Assembly: GCA_050008535.1 (NCBI GenBank)
Contig: JBEKML010000001.1
Location: 2,246 to 66,245, forward strand
Reading direction: 5' to 3'
DNA: 64,000 nucleotides
Source of the DNA: Minisyncoccia bacterium
GTDB lineage: Bacteria; Patescibacteriota; Minisyncoccia; UBA6257; 2-01-FULL-56-20
Positions within the stretch are counted from its first letter, which is position 1. The number at the start of each line of letters is the position of its first letter. Made by a program: the position numbers and the translations under genes. The notes beneath the pieces are model-generated. The model worked only from the letters and a program-made list of their open reading frames with translations. It was not told the DNA's origin and ran no database searches. Below are positions 1 through 10,002 of the stretch, piece by piece.

Positions 1-1549
1 CATGGGTGATGAACATGCCGTCTTTTTCCCCTCTCTCGTGCGAAACGGTCACTGTTCCAGGGCCGCCCATGTACTTGATCGCGTTCCCTATAAGATTCAC
101 CATCACTTCTTTTATTCGATCGGGGTCGGCCATCACCTTGGGCATGTCCGCGTCGGGTGTATAGACCATGTGCACGGATTTTTCGTCGGCAAGCGACTTT
201 AGCTCGTCAAGGACCGCCCGGATCGGCGGCGCAACGTCGGTCGGCGCCACCTTGATCGTAAGCCGCCCTGCCTCCGACCGCGCCACTTCCAAAAGATCGT
301 TCACCAGCTGCACGAGGCGGTTATCCGAAGCGATCACTTTTTCAATATATGCCCTGGTCGGTTCGGCGATCGTGCCCGTCGTGCCGTCCAAGATCAAAGA
401 AAGATATCCCTTCATCGCAGCGACCGGCGTGCGGAGTTCGTGCGCAGCGACGAAGACGAATTCGTCTTTCAGCACTTCCAGTTGTTTCAGTCCCTGCACC
501 ATATCGTTGAACGAGGTCCCCAAGCTTTCCAGCTCATCCCCCGTCCTGATATATACTCCTTCATTGAAGTCGCCCTGCGCCACGCGCGCGGCGCCTTCCT
601 GCAATTTCTTGATCGGGCGCATAATATAAGCGGCGAGCAGGAACGATGCGACGAGCACGATAAGAAGTACGGCTGCAAGCGTGATCGCGCTCCGCAAAAG
701 AAGATCATTCACGAGGGCGTTCGCCTCGCTCGTGGGCCACTCGGCCACCAATTCCCATCCGAGCGTGGGAAGATACTTTGCGGCCGCAATGACCGCCGCG
801 CCGGAGATATTCCGATAGTTCATTTGCGCGTCGGCAGTAAGAAAATCGTTCCCGACGAACACCTTGCTCGTGGTAGCCGCCGTTCCCGCAATGTTCATCG
901 GCCCGCCGCCGCCGATCACCATTCCTTGAGTATCAACAAGATAAAGGTATCCGGTGGTCCCTATTGTTCCCTCCGCGACGATCGCCTGCGCCTGCGTAAG
1001 GTCCGCACTGCCCGTGATCACTGCCACAACATTGCCCGCGTCGTCTTTCACCGGAGATGAAAATATAACGGAAGGACCGGCGGGCGCATACGAAACGGGA
1101 CCGATATAATAGTTCCCCGTCCGCGCCGCGAGGAACTCGGGCGTGGCGCTCACGTCGCGGAGCTCCGCAGCCGCAAAACCCTGGGGATGCGCACGGTCAA
1201 CGCGCACCGATTCCCTGCCATTTAAGCCAACGAACGACTCAGCCTCGAGAAACGGGAGAAAACGCATGGTCTCGCTTACCGTGAACATCTGCGCCGACGT
1301 GGAATTTTCCACTCCCCCGCCGGAAGGCGTAATGACCCGCGGATGGCCCAAAATATCCCCGATCACATAATCATTGATCTCTTGCGCCTTCTCGTTGAGC
1401 ACCGACGCCTCAAGCCGCGCCACGTCCTCGCGGTGCGAATCATTCACTACGACAATCCCGAGGATCGTTGCGACCACAAGCGGTGCAAGTCCGATAAAGA
1501 TCACCAAAAGGATCCTGTTCCGCAGCTTCCCTTTTGGTACCCGCTTCAT
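1..1549 (-). CDS. Sensor histidine kinase (TM, Cache-like sensor, TM, HAMP, HisKA, HATPase), 3'-truncated by the window edge
   Basis: Not in the ORF track because it has no stop in the window. Manual translation from ATG 1549 (MKRVPKGKLRNRILLVIFIG...) gives HAMP 'RPIKKLQEGAARVAQGDF...GDELESLGTSFNDM', H-box 'EFVFVAAHELRTP' and N-box 'EVMVNLIGNAIKY'. Confidence 0.9.
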   Translation of the reverse strand, partial: MKRVPKGKLRNRILLVIFIGLAPLVVATILGIVVVNDSHREDVARLEASVLNEKAQEINDYVIGDILGHPRVITPSGGGVENSTSAQMFTVSETMRFLPFLEAESFVGLNGRESVRVDRAHPQGFAAAELRDVSATPEFLAARTGNYYIGPVSYAPAGPSVIFSSPVKDDAGNVVAVITGSADLTQAQAIVAEGTIGTTGYLYLVDTQGMVIGGGGPMNIAGTAATTSKVFVGNDFLTADAQMNYRNISGAAVIAAAKYLPTLGWELVAEWPTSEANALVNDLLLRSAITLAAVLLIVLVASFLLAAYIMRPIKKLQEGAARVAQGDFNEGVYIRTGDELESLGTSFNDMVQGLKQLEVLKDEFVFVAAHELRTPVAAMKGYLSLILDGTTGTIAEPTRAYIEKVIASDNRLVQLVNDLLEVARSEAGRLTIKVAPTDVAPPIRAVLDELKSLADEKSVHMVYTPDADMPKVMADPDRIKEVMVNLIGNAIKYMGGPGTVTVSHERGEKDGMFITH

Positions 1550-1586
1550 CCTTCTATTCTACTATGTTTACGTTACAATGAATCGT

Positions 1587-2327
1587 ATGGTGGATATTCT
1601 TACCGTCTCCGATGTCAGCGTCGCTTTCGGCGACGAAACGGCCATTGATCGCATTAGCCTTTCGCTCGGGGCGGGCGATGCCCTTGCGATCATAGGCCCG
1701 AACGGCGCCGGGAAAAGCGTCTTCCTCCGCACACTCCTCGGCACGGTCCCCTACCGCGGCACGATCACGTGGGCTCCCGATACGCGCATCGGCTACGTGC
1801 CGCAAAAAATAGATGCCGACCGGCATCTGCCCGTCAATTTCCGCAACCTGCTCACCGCAAAGGCAGCGCTCCTCGCGCTCACCAAAAAGGATGTTGATAC
1901 GGTTGTGAAGGCAGTCGGCCTTGATGTAAAAATAATGGAAACTTCCGTGGGACATCTTTCCGGAGGCCAGTTCCAGCGCGCGCTCATCGCTTTCGCGCTC
2001 CTTGGGAAGCCGAACGTGCTCATCCTTGACGAGCCGACGGCAAGCATCGACAAGCCCGGCGAGGAACAAATGTACGAACTCGTCCATCGCCTTCAGGATC
2101 AATATGCGATGACCGTCATTCTTGTTTCCCATGACCTAAGTTTCGTCTACCGCTACGCCACTAAGGTGCTTTGCTTGAACAAAACCGGCCTCTGCTTCGG
2201 CGCACCCGAAGAGGCGCTCATGCCGAAAATATTGGAAGAACTCTACGGCTCGCACAAATATTTCCACTACTTCCACCATCCAAGCGAACGCCACCCGGAC
2301 AAAGACCGGGCAAATCACCATGAATAG
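1587..2327 (+). CDS. Zn/Mn ABC transporter ATP-binding subunit (ZnuC-like)
   Basis: Walker A GPNGAGKS, 'IGYVPQK', signature LSGGQFQR, 'LILDEPT', 'VSHDL', His-rich tail. Start placed 7 nt after TACAAT. Confidence 0.9.
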   Translation: MVDILTVSDVSVAFGDETAIDRISLSLGAGDALAIIGPNGAGKSVFLRTLLGTVPYRGTITWAPDTRIGYVPQKIDADRHLPVNFRNLLTAKAALLALTKKDVDTVVKAVGLDVKIMETSVGHLSGGQFQRALIAFALLGKPNVLILDEPTASIDKPGEEQMYELVHRLQDQYAMTVILVSHDLSFVYRYATKVLCLNKTGLCFGAPEEALMPKILEELYGSHKYFHYFHHPSERHPDKDRANHHE

Positions 2328-3084
2328 CGCTCTTTCTGTCATCCTCGCCGTTTTCGCCGCCGCTGCCGCAGGGCTCGTCGGTTCCTTCGCTTTAATGAAG
2401 CGGACCATCCTCGCGGGCGACGTGATGTCGCACATCGCGATCCCCGGCCTCGGCCTTGCGGTCATCTGGAGGATCAACCCGCTCGTGGGCGGCGGGCTCA
2501 CTTTATTCGCCGGCATACTTCTTATTTGGCATCTTCAGAAAAGCACGGAGTTGTCTGCCGAGGCCGCGATCGGCGTCGTCTTCGCGTCGTCGGTGGCGCT
2601 CGGGGCGCTCCTTATCCACTCCACCGAGGATCTTGTGGATGCCCTCTTTGGCGGGTTCGGGAATTTATCAATAGGAGAGTTTGTATTCGGCATGGCAATG
2701 AGCATCGCGATCATCGCGGCGCTCTGGTTCTTGCGCAACCGGTTGATCGTCACCCTCTTCTCGTCCGAGCTCGCGAGTTCCGCAGGCGTGAATGTGAATG
2801 CCGCGAATCTCTGGTTCCTTCTTCTCTTCGGCCTCGCCATTCTCGTCTCGCTGCGCTTCCTGGGCGCCCTTCTGGTCGGCTCGCTCATTATCATCCCCGC
2901 CGCCGCCGCGCGGCAGCTCACCCATTCGCTCGGATGGTTCCTCGCGATCTCAATGGCGCTCTCTGTGGCCGCCATGCTCATCGGATTTTATCTCTCCGCC
3001 CAATATGGACTTGCCCAAGGGCCTACGATCGTCGTCGTCGCGGCAGCACTTTTCGTTTTAAGTTTGTTTAAGAAGAAAGAGTAA
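2320..3084 (+). CDS. Zn/Mn ABC transporter permease (ZnuB-like)
   Basis: Multi-TM; 'LAGDVMSHIAIPG' and 'GALLVGSLIIIPAAAAR' are ABC-3 family motifs; overlaps the ATPase gene. Confidence 0.88.
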   Translation: MNSALSVILAVFAAAAAGLVGSFALMKRTILAGDVMSHIAIPGLGLAVIWRINPLVGGGLTLFAGILLIWHLQKSTELSAEAAIGVVFASSVALGALLIHSTEDLVDALFGGFGNLSIGEFVFGMAMSIAIIAALWFLRNRLIVTLFSSELASSAGVNVNAANLWFLLLFGLAILVSLRFLGALLVGSLIIIPAAAARQLTHSLGWFLAISMALSVAAMLIGFYLSAQYGLAQGPTIVVVAAALFVLSLFKKKE

Positions 3085-3119
3085 GCTCTTCCTTATTCGA
3101 TTTCTTTCGCACAAATGAA

Positions 3120-3185
3120 GCTAGCAAGAAGACGGTTTGAAAAGAGCCCTTCTTAGTACTCTTTTCAAACCGTCTTCTTGCTAGC
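3120..3185. repeat. Conserved-loop palindrome, copy 1
   Basis: 27-bp perfect arms GCTAGCAAGAAGACGGTTTGAAAAGAG / CTCTTTTCAAACCGTCTTCTTGCTAGC around loop CCCTTCTTAGTA. Confidence 0.95.
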
Positions 3186-3190
3186 CAATG

Positions 3191-3261
3191 AGCGGGTGAA
3201 GGGAATCGAACCCTCGTCTATAGCTTGGGAAGCTACCGTACTGCCACTGTACTACACCCGC
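3191..3261 (-). tRNA. tRNA-Gly(CCC), CCA not encoded
   Basis: Reverse complement GCGGGTGTAGTACAGTGGCAGTACGGTAGCTTCCCAAGCTATAGACGAGGGTTCGATTCCCTTCACCCGCT folds as a cloverleaf with U73. Confidence 0.95.
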
Positions 3262-3288
3262 GACACAGATATTGTAAGCCAATCTTCT

Positions 3289-3918
3289 TTAATCTTCAAC
3301 GAGCGGCACAAAACTGAAACCGTGATATTCTCGCCGTTTGAAATCCCCTTTTTCTGCTTTTTGTAAAACCACCATGCTTTCCCTCGCCGGCGCAACGATC
3401 TTTCCGCCCGCGCGAAGTTCGTTTTTCCATGCCGGAGGGATATCGTCGCCTGCGGCCGCAGCGATGATCTTGTCATAGGGAGCGTCCGCCGCATATCCCT
3501 TTGAACCGTCGCCCAAAATCACTCGCACGATGCCGCTTTTTATAAAACCGTATTTCCCCACATTGGCCTCGGTCATTGTTTTGAGTTCGGGGATCCGCTC
3601 CACCGCCGTCACGTGGCCTTTTTCACCTACAAGATGTGCAAGCAAGGCGGTCTGCCATCCCGAACCGGAGCCGATGTCCAAAATCTTCTCTCCCGCGCGC
3701 GGGGCGAGAAGTTCAAGCATGAAAGCGACAGTAAGCGGCTGGGAAACGGTCTGTCCGAAACCGATGGGCAGCGGATAGTTGCCGTACGCCTCGCGCGCGA
3801 ATTCCGGCAAAACGAAGTCATTGCGATCAATCTCACGGAACGCCCGGATGATCGCCGGCGTCTTTAAATATCCGCCTCGTATCAAACCTTCTACAAGATC
3901 GTTGAATGCCTTATTCAC
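3289..3918 (-). CDS. pcm: Protein-L-isoaspartate O-methyltransferase
   Basis: 'PLPIGFGQTVSQP', SAM motif 'LDIGSGSGW', 'GDGSKGY', 'APYDKII', 'FVPLV'. Probable GTG start at 3918. Confidence 0.9.
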   Translation of the reverse strand: MNKAFNDLVEGLIRGGYLKTPAIIRAFREIDRNDFVLPEFAREAYGNYPLPIGFGQTVSQPLTVAFMLELLAPRAGEKILDIGSGSGWQTALLAHLVGEKGHVTAVERIPELKTMTEANVGKYGFIKSGIVRVILGDGSKGYAADAPYDKIIAAAAGDDIPPAWKNELRAGGKIVAPARESMVVLQKAEKGDFKRREYHGFSFVPLVED

Positions 3919-4204
3919 CGGTCGTCGTTGCCGTGGATGTTTCCGCCGGAACAATAACGATCATCGTCTCGCCGGGTTTTTTATAGTTGAACCGCGCACG
4001 CAATTCTTTTTCCAAATTGAGCGGATTTGCAAGATATTGCACTTCCGACTGTAGATTTGCTTCGTCATACTGCGCCTTGGTAAGGCGCGTCTCAATATCG
4101 GCGAGGGCGGTACTCAACTGCCTTTCCTGTATGAAAAACCCGTAGACCCGCACCCCTACCGCTACAAGAACAATAAGGAGGATTATCGCTCCCACGATCT
4201 TCAT
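3911..4204 (-). CDS. Septum-formation initiator (FtsB/DivIC-like) small membrane coiled-coil protein
   Basis: N-terminal TM, coiled coil, 'LEKELRARFNYKKPGE' C-terminal motif. Confidence 0.75.
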   Translation of the reverse strand: MKIVGAIILLIVLVAVGVRVYGFFIQERQLSTALADIETRLTKAQYDEANLQSEVQYLANPLNLEKELRARFNYKKPGETMIVIVPAETSTATTTGE

Positions 4205-4220
4205 TGCCTTCAGTGTACCA

Positions 4221-6035
4221 TCACTTCTTCAAAATTTCCCGGAACACCTCCGGCGAGAGCTCCACGCGCGCCATGCTCTGCAGTTTTTCCTTGCCGCGCT
4301 TTTGTTTTTTCCACAACTTCATCTTCCGCGTGCGGTCGCCGCCGGTCTTCCCGAAGCTGCCGAGCAGTTTTTTCATCGCGGGGATCGTTTCGCGCGCAAT
4401 GATGCGGCCAAGCGCCTTTGCCTGCAAGGCCTGCGTAAATTGCTGTTTCGGCAGGAGTTCTTTCAGCCGTTCCACCGTCTGCCGTCCTTCGCGTTCTATG
4501 TCTTTTTTCGGTACGATGCGCGTAAGCGCGGGGACCACTTCGTCCACGATCAATATCTCCAGCTTCTCCACTTCTGCTTCCTGCTCTCCCGCAAGCTCGT
4601 AGGTAAAGGAGGCGTATCCCTGCGAGACCGATTTCAGCCGGTCGTCAAAATCGCGGATCAATTCGCGGAGCGGCATCTTCGCAGACAGCAAAAGATTCTC
4701 GCCGATGTTTTTCACCTGTGCGATTTCAAGATCAAAAACAGTTTGCAGATTTACGACGGCGCTCAAATATTTTTGCGGCGTGAGCATTTCAAGGTCCACG
4801 ACCGGTTCCCACACTTTCTCCGGCTTGTCGGGAAAATCCTGCGGCTGCTTGACCATCTTCACTATGCCGCGATCCTGCACCCGGTAAGCAATGGAGGGAA
4901 AGCTCGTCAAAAACGAAAGATTGTATTCGCGCTCCAAGCGGCTTGAAGTGATCTCAAAATGCAGTTGGCCCAAAAAACCGACCTTCAATCCCCTGCCGAG
5001 TGCTTCGTTCGCATCCGGCTCAAAATGCAACGCAGCATCGTTCAATCGCAATTTTTCAAACGCGCGCTTCAGATCGTCGAATTTCGTGTCGCCGTCCGGA
5101 TAAAAAGAAATGAAAACGACCGGGGTCGGTTCCCGATACCCGGGCAATGCAAGCGTAGCGCGATCCGGCTTCCCGTCGCGGGCCGCAAGAACAGTATCGC
5201 CAATTTTGACGAGCGACGGTTCTTTCAGCCCGGTCGCAAGGTAGCCGATCTCGCCGCTCGCGATCATGGGCGCAGCTTTGAGGTCCGGCGTAAAATAACC
5301 GACCTCTTTCGGTTTGAACTCGGCGCCGGTCATGATGAACCTCATGTTTTCCGTCCTGAACTCGCCGCCGAACACGCGCACGAACGCGATGATACCCTTG
5401 TGATCGTCATAGAGCGAATCAAAAATGAGCGCCCTTGCCGCGCGGGCGGCATCTTTCCGCCCCGCCGTTTCGTTTTCGTGCGGCGGCGGCACGAGCCGGA
5501 CCACTTCATCCAATAATTCCTTCACCCCCGCGCCAGTCTTCGCGGAAACGCGGAACACGCTTTCCGCGGGCACATTCAAAAGCTCCGCTACCGACTCCAC
5601 CGTTTTCTCAAGATGCGGCAGCGCAAGATCAATCTTGTTCACGGCAGGGATGATCTTCAAGCCAGCTTTTTGTGCCGAACGCAGATTGGAGAGCGTCTGC
5701 GCCTGGATGCCCTTTCCGCCGTCAATTAAAATGATCGCGCCCTCCACCGCCGCGAGCGCGCGTGAAACCTCGTAGGAAAAATCCGAGTGGCCCGGCGTGT
5801 CGATCAGATTCAAGACATATTCTGCGCCGTCCATCCGGTACGCCATCCGCACCGGCGCCATTTTGATCGTGATCCCCCGTTCGCGCTCCAGCGGCAGCCG
5901 GTCCAGATACTGCGCGCGCATGGAACGCATGGGCACTGTTCCCGTGATCTCCAAAAGACGGTCGGCGAGCGTGGACTTGCCCGAATCGATGTGGGCAATG
6001 ATCACGAAGTTCCTTACGCGCGACGAATCTTCCAT
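4221..6035 (-). CDS. lepA: Elongation factor 4 (LepA)
   Basis: 'RNFVIIAHIDSGKSTLADRLLE', 'ERERGITIK', 'LIDTPGH', 'GFLGQLH', C-terminal 'GGDRTRKMKLWKKQKRGK'. Confidence 0.95.
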   Translation of the reverse strand: MEDSSRVRNFVIIAHIDSGKSTLADRLLEITGTVPMRSMRAQYLDRLPLERERGITIKMAPVRMAYRMDGAEYVLNLIDTPGHSDFSYEVSRALAAVEGAIILIDGGKGIQAQTLSNLRSAQKAGLKIIPAVNKIDLALPHLEKTVESVAELLNVPAESVFRVSAKTGAGVKELLDEVVRLVPPPHENETAGRKDAARAARALIFDSLYDDHKGIIAFVRVFGGEFRTENMRFIMTGAEFKPKEVGYFTPDLKAAPMIASGEIGYLATGLKEPSLVKIGDTVLAARDGKPDRATLALPGYREPTPVVFISFYPDGDTKFDDLKRAFEKLRLNDAALHFEPDANEALGRGLKVGFLGQLHFEITSSRLEREYNLSFLTSFPSIAYRVQDRGIVKMVKQPQDFPDKPEKVWEPVVDLEMLTPQKYLSAVVNLQTVFDLEIAQVKNIGENLLLSAKMPLRELIRDFDDRLKSVSQGYASFTYELAGEQEAEVEKLEILIVDEVVPALTRIVPKKDIEREGRQTVERLKELLPKQQFTQALQAKALGRIIARETIPAMKKLLGSFGKTGGDRTRKMKLWKKQKRGKEKLQSMARVELSPEVFREILKK

Positions 6036-6050
6036 TACGTCACTATGCAC

Positions 6051-7985
6051 TTAAAGCGATTGCAGCGTCAAATTGACGACGAGCCGCCCGGGTGGATCAT
6101 CGGATTCGTATGCGTACGATGCAATGCCGTTCTCGGCAAACACATAGCCCAACGGGGCATCAATCTCATAGGAATAGTGCCGCTTCGTGCCCGCCTGTTT
6201 TTCAAACACAAACTGGTACTGCACGCCCGCTGCTGGCGGCAGGAACAAGCGGTGCGTGTAATCAAGCGAAAATTGCGTGGAAGCGCCGGCCTTCACGGTG
6301 GACCACGTCGTAAACACCCTCGCGCCCGATTCCTCGTGCCATGCCACGCCGGGATACGCAAAGAGGGTCTGCTCGGTTGATTCGACGGAGGATACCAGGG
6401 GGTCGGTGCTATAACCGCTTTTTGCATAATTGATAGGCGGCACGATCTTTTTTTGAACGGTCCCCGAAGCGTTCGTGAGCGTAGTCCCCGGGGGGACGAA
6501 CACTTGCGCATAATCTTGGTTGGTCGTTTTATACCACCAATACGGGCTCTTTGCGCCATTGTGCCTGCGGGTAACGACTACGTGGCTCGTCATCGTGCCG
6601 TCCGGATTGATCCGTCCGGTGTAGGAAAGAGTACTCGATACATACAGGTCGGATTTCCCGCCGTTCACGTTCGCGTCCACCAGGGCGAGGTAATCGCCAT
6701 TAAATCGCTGCGGGAATTCGTACACCGCGCCCGAGGCGCCGTAGGCGCCAAGAAGATCTTCCATCGCCTGGTCCTTGAAATAGACCATGATCTCTTTTTT
6801 TGCCGCCCAATCAAGCGCCATGGCAAGCAGCGCCTGCCGTTCATCGCTTGTTGTTGAAGCAAGCTTTGCGAAGAGCGCCCGCGAGAGATCGCGGAGGACC
6901 TGCTTTGGATAGGTTGCGGAAGTCGCCTGGCCGCTTTGAACGATTTTCTGGATTTGAACAAGAAAATTGTCGGCGGCGAAAGTGGTGGTGGGTTTCCCGA
7001 TCGCAACCGGCCCCACAATGGACAAAAGATCGTTTATCACCCTCGGCGTTATCGCCACCACGCCGTCAAAGGTCGTGGAGGTTTTCGCGTAAAGGTCTGA
7101 CTCTTCAAAAAAAGCGGTGGTCTTTGAGGCCGAGGTGGGAAAATCAAAAAACCAGTTCGCGTCCGCGGGCCGCCACTTTGTGATCTCAAGCTGCAGCGGC
7201 TTCGGCGGAACGATCTTCCGGTTGAACGCCGTATCCGCGTCCGCAATGTCGTGCACGGCGATGTCCGTGATGGTGCCGCTCGCAAGCGTCACATCGGCAT
7301 AACTTCCCAAGAACCCCCCCGCCGGACGGATCTCCGAGGGATTTTCAAGCAATACAAGAAGATGGTGTGTGCCGGGATCCGCAAGCCACGGCACGAAGGC
7401 ATCGAGGAAATTCTCCGCACTCTTAATTTGTGATTTAAGCGAAAGATAAAAATCCCCAACACCCGCGGGCGAAAGATTGCCCGCAAAAGAAGCGACGCTC
7501 GACAATTGGTCGCTTTCGGCATTAATGGCACCGAGGGTATCGCGCAAACGGCCGAGGTCGGCAATGAGCGGTCCGCCCGCGCCGGTCACGAAAAAATCGA
7601 AAGAGCTCGAGGCAACGTCGCCCATCTCTTGCGAAAAGAACACAAGCTGGGCCGAAAGGTTGGAGAGCGACCCGATGGAAGAAAACGCCTTTTGCGCCGC
7701 CGAGAGATCGAGGCCCTGAAGGTCTGACACCCCCGTGCGCAACAATCCAAAATCTTTTGAAACCGAAACGGCCATTTCCCCGCGGATGACGAGGAATGAA
7801 ACCAAAGACCCGCCGATAAAAAGCACCACGAGCCCAAAAATTCCCCAAAGGATGCCCTTGGGAAGCGGGGTGCGCGGTTCTTCGTGAACTTTTTCCAACG
7901 CTTCGTCTTTCGGCTCCCGCTTGATCACCCTCACAAGTTCATCGGGACGAACATCGTCATCTCTTTTTGGCGGCATCTGCAGCAT
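6051..7985 (-). CDS. Membrane-anchored DUF4012-like protein
   Basis: Single N-terminal TM; 'LLENPSEIRPAGGFLGSY', 'DANWFFDFPTSA', 'DGVVAITP', 'NVNGGKSD' recalled as DUF4012-type motifs. Start 6 nt after TATAAT. Confidence 0.7.
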   Translation of the reverse strand: MLQMPPKRDDDVRPDELVRVIKREPKDEALEKVHEEPRTPLPKGILWGIFGLVVLFIGGSLVSFLVIRGEMAVSVSKDFGLLRTGVSDLQGLDLSAAQKAFSSIGSLSNLSAQLVFFSQEMGDVASSSFDFFVTGAGGPLIADLGRLRDTLGAINAESDQLSSVASFAGNLSPAGVGDFYLSLKSQIKSAENFLDAFVPWLADPGTHHLLVLLENPSEIRPAGGFLGSYADVTLASGTITDIAVHDIADADTAFNRKIVPPKPLQLEITKWRPADANWFFDFPTSASKTTAFFEESDLYAKTSTTFDGVVAITPRVINDLLSIVGPVAIGKPTTTFAADNFLVQIQKIVQSGQATSATYPKQVLRDLSRALFAKLASTTSDERQALLAMALDWAAKKEIMVYFKDQAMEDLLGAYGASGAVYEFPQRFNGDYLALVDANVNGGKSDLYVSSTLSYTGRINPDGTMTSHVVVTRRHNGAKSPYWWYKTTNQDYAQVFVPPGTTLTNASGTVQKKIVPPINYAKSGYSTDPLVSSVESTEQTLFAYPGVAWHEESGARVFTTWSTVKAGASTQFSLDYTHRLFLPPAAGVQYQFVFEKQAGTKRHYSYEIDAPLGYVFAENGIASYAYESDDPPGRLVVNLTLQSL

Positions 7986-8033
7986 AATTCCATTATACGG
8001 CATTTCCCCTCGCTGCCTGCTATAATAAAAACA

Positions 8034-9980
8034 ATGTTCAAAAAAACCTCCTCGTGCCTCGCTTGGTGGACCCTTGCCTTGATCGCTCTCACTGCTTTTT
8101 CTCTCATGTTATGGGCGTCCCGCACTGATTCGGCTATTATGGACGAGCTCGCACACATTCCGGCGGGCTACGGCTACGTGCATAACCTGGATTACCGCCT
8201 GAACCCGGAACATCCCCCGCTCGTAAAAGCGCTCGCGATGCTGCCTGTGCTCTTCCTGCAGCCGAATTTCCCGGCAGCGAGCGACGCGTGGCAGAACCAG
8301 ATAAACGCACAATGGGACGTCGGCGCGCAGTTCCTCTACCAATCCGGCAATAATGCGAACGAAATCATCCAAACCGCGCGCATTTTCCCGATCTTGATCA
8401 CTTTGCTTGTCCTTCTTTTTATCTATCTTCTTGCGCGCGGCATTATGGGTAATTGGTGGGCGCTTCTGCCCGCCGCGCTTTTCGCACTTGATCCCACCGT
8501 GCTTGCACAGGGGCATTACGTGACGACAGACCTCGGCGCCGCATTTGGTGTCATCTTCGCTACTTATTATTTTCTAAAATTTGTTGAATCGCCTTCTACA
8601 AAGCATCTCTGGTTCGCCGGCCTTTCTTTCGGCGTAGCGCAGATCACGAAATTTTCCGCGCCGTTCCTCGTGCCGCTTTTCGTTTTTCTCACATTCGTGC
8701 TCTGGCTCCGCAATATCATCGTTGAACACGGCACCATGGAGCGTTCGCGGCGATTCAAGATATTTTTAACGCGCGGCCTTCGATGGATCTGGCGACTCAT
8801 CCTTGTTTTTGCGATCGGCTACGTCTTCATCGTCTATCCAATCTACTTCCTTTTCACAGCCAATTATCCCATCGCAAAACAGGTATCGGACGCGCAATTC
8901 ATCTTGGGTTCGTTCGCGAACGGCCCCACGCCCGCGGGGACGCACTGCGCGGGCATACGCTGCCTTGCCGATCTTGATATCTGGATGGCAAAAAGTCCTG
9001 TGCTCCGCCCGCTCGCGGAATATATGCTCGGCATCCTTATGGTGTTCCAGCGCTCTGCCGGCGGGAACACGATCTATTTCCTGGGCGAAGTCCGCGGCGC
9101 CGGCGGCCCGGCATATTTCCCGCTTCTTTTCCTTCTCAAAGAACCCGTCCCCACCCTTATCATCGTCCTTGCGGCGCTTATCCTCGCCGCCTGGTGGATG
9201 ATCCGCCGCGATCCCCGCGACGGCCGGAGGCGCGGGCAACGGATCCTTGATTACCTTGGCGTGAATTTCCCGGAATTTTCCATGGCGTCGTTCATCGTCC
9301 TCTATTGGGGCTACAGCATGCAAAGCCCCTTGAACATCGGCCTCCGCCATCTTATGCCGACCATTCCCTTTGTTTACATTCTCGCTGCAGGCGTCTGGAA
9401 AAAGTGGGTTACCCGCATTAACTTCCCCGGAGGAGAGCTTACCATTGCCTTGATCGGCGCCGCCGCAAAATCATTCGCACGCGGGAGCATCAAATACCTC
9501 TTCCTCGTAGCGCTCATTCTCTGGCTTTTTCTTGAAACGCTTTTTGCCGCGCCGTATTTCCTCTCTTATTTCAACGAGTTCGGCGGCGGCATTTGGAACG
9601 GCTACCACTGGGTGACCGATTCCAACTACGATTGGGGGCAGGACCTCCTCCGGTTGCAGTCGTGGGCCGTGGCACACCCGGAAGCGGACAAGATCGCAGT
9701 GGATTACTTCGGCGGAGGAAATCCCTCGTACACGCTGGGCGGCAAGGAAGTAAATTGGTGGGCATCGCGCGGGAATCCGAGCGATCAAGGCATCCACTGG
9801 CTCGCCGTTTCCGTGAATACGCTTGAGGGTGCGATCCAGCCGCTCGCGCCCGGGCAAGTGCGCAACGCCTCCGACACCTACTCCTGGCTCACGGCGCTTC
9901 GGCCGGCCGGCGCCGGCATGGGCAATGTTCCCGCGCCCGATGACCGGGCGGGCACGTCGATCTTCATTTATCATCTCTAA
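8034..9980 (+). CDS. GT-C fold glycosyltransferase (GT39/ArnT/PMT-like)
   Basis: 'DELAHIPAGY...RLNPEHPPLVK', many TMs, 'DSNYDWGQDL'. ATG 7 nt after TATAAT. Confidence 0.8.
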   Translation: MFKKTSSCLAWWTLALIALTAFSLMLWASRTDSAIMDELAHIPAGYGYVHNLDYRLNPEHPPLVKALAMLPVLFLQPNFPAASDAWQNQINAQWDVGAQFLYQSGNNANEIIQTARIFPILITLLVLLFIYLLARGIMGNWWALLPAALFALDPTVLAQGHYVTTDLGAAFGVIFATYYFLKFVESPSTKHLWFAGLSFGVAQITKFSAPFLVPLFVFLTFVLWLRNIIVEHGTMERSRRFKIFLTRGLRWIWRLILVFAIGYVFIVYPIYFLFTANYPIAKQVSDAQFILGSFANGPTPAGTHCAGIRCLADLDIWMAKSPVLRPLAEYMLGILMVFQRSAGGNTIYFLGEVRGAGGPAYFPLLFLLKEPVPTLIIVLAALILAAWWMIRRDPRDGRRRGQRILDYLGVNFPEFSMASFIVLYWGYSMQSPLNIGLRHLMPTIPFVYILAAGVWKKWVTRINFPGGELTIALIGAAAKSFARGSIKYLFLVALILWLFLETLFAAPYFLSYFNEFGGGIWNGYHWVTDSNYDWGQDLLRLQSWAVAHPEADKIAVDYFGGGNPSYTLGGKEVNWWASRGNPSDQGIHWLAVSVNTLEGAIQPLAPGQVRNASDTYSWLTALRPAGAGMGNVPAPDDRAGTSIFIYHL

Positions 9981-10002
9981 AAAGAGTCTTTTGACTTCCC
10001 TA

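Noticed and set aside
168-1370. Plus-strand ORFs at the window start
   Set aside because: They are shadows of the minus-strand histidine kinase that the ORF track missed.
1587-3084. Missing substrate-binding protein beside the metal ABC genes
   Set aside because: It may be encoded elsewhere; this cannot be judged from the window.
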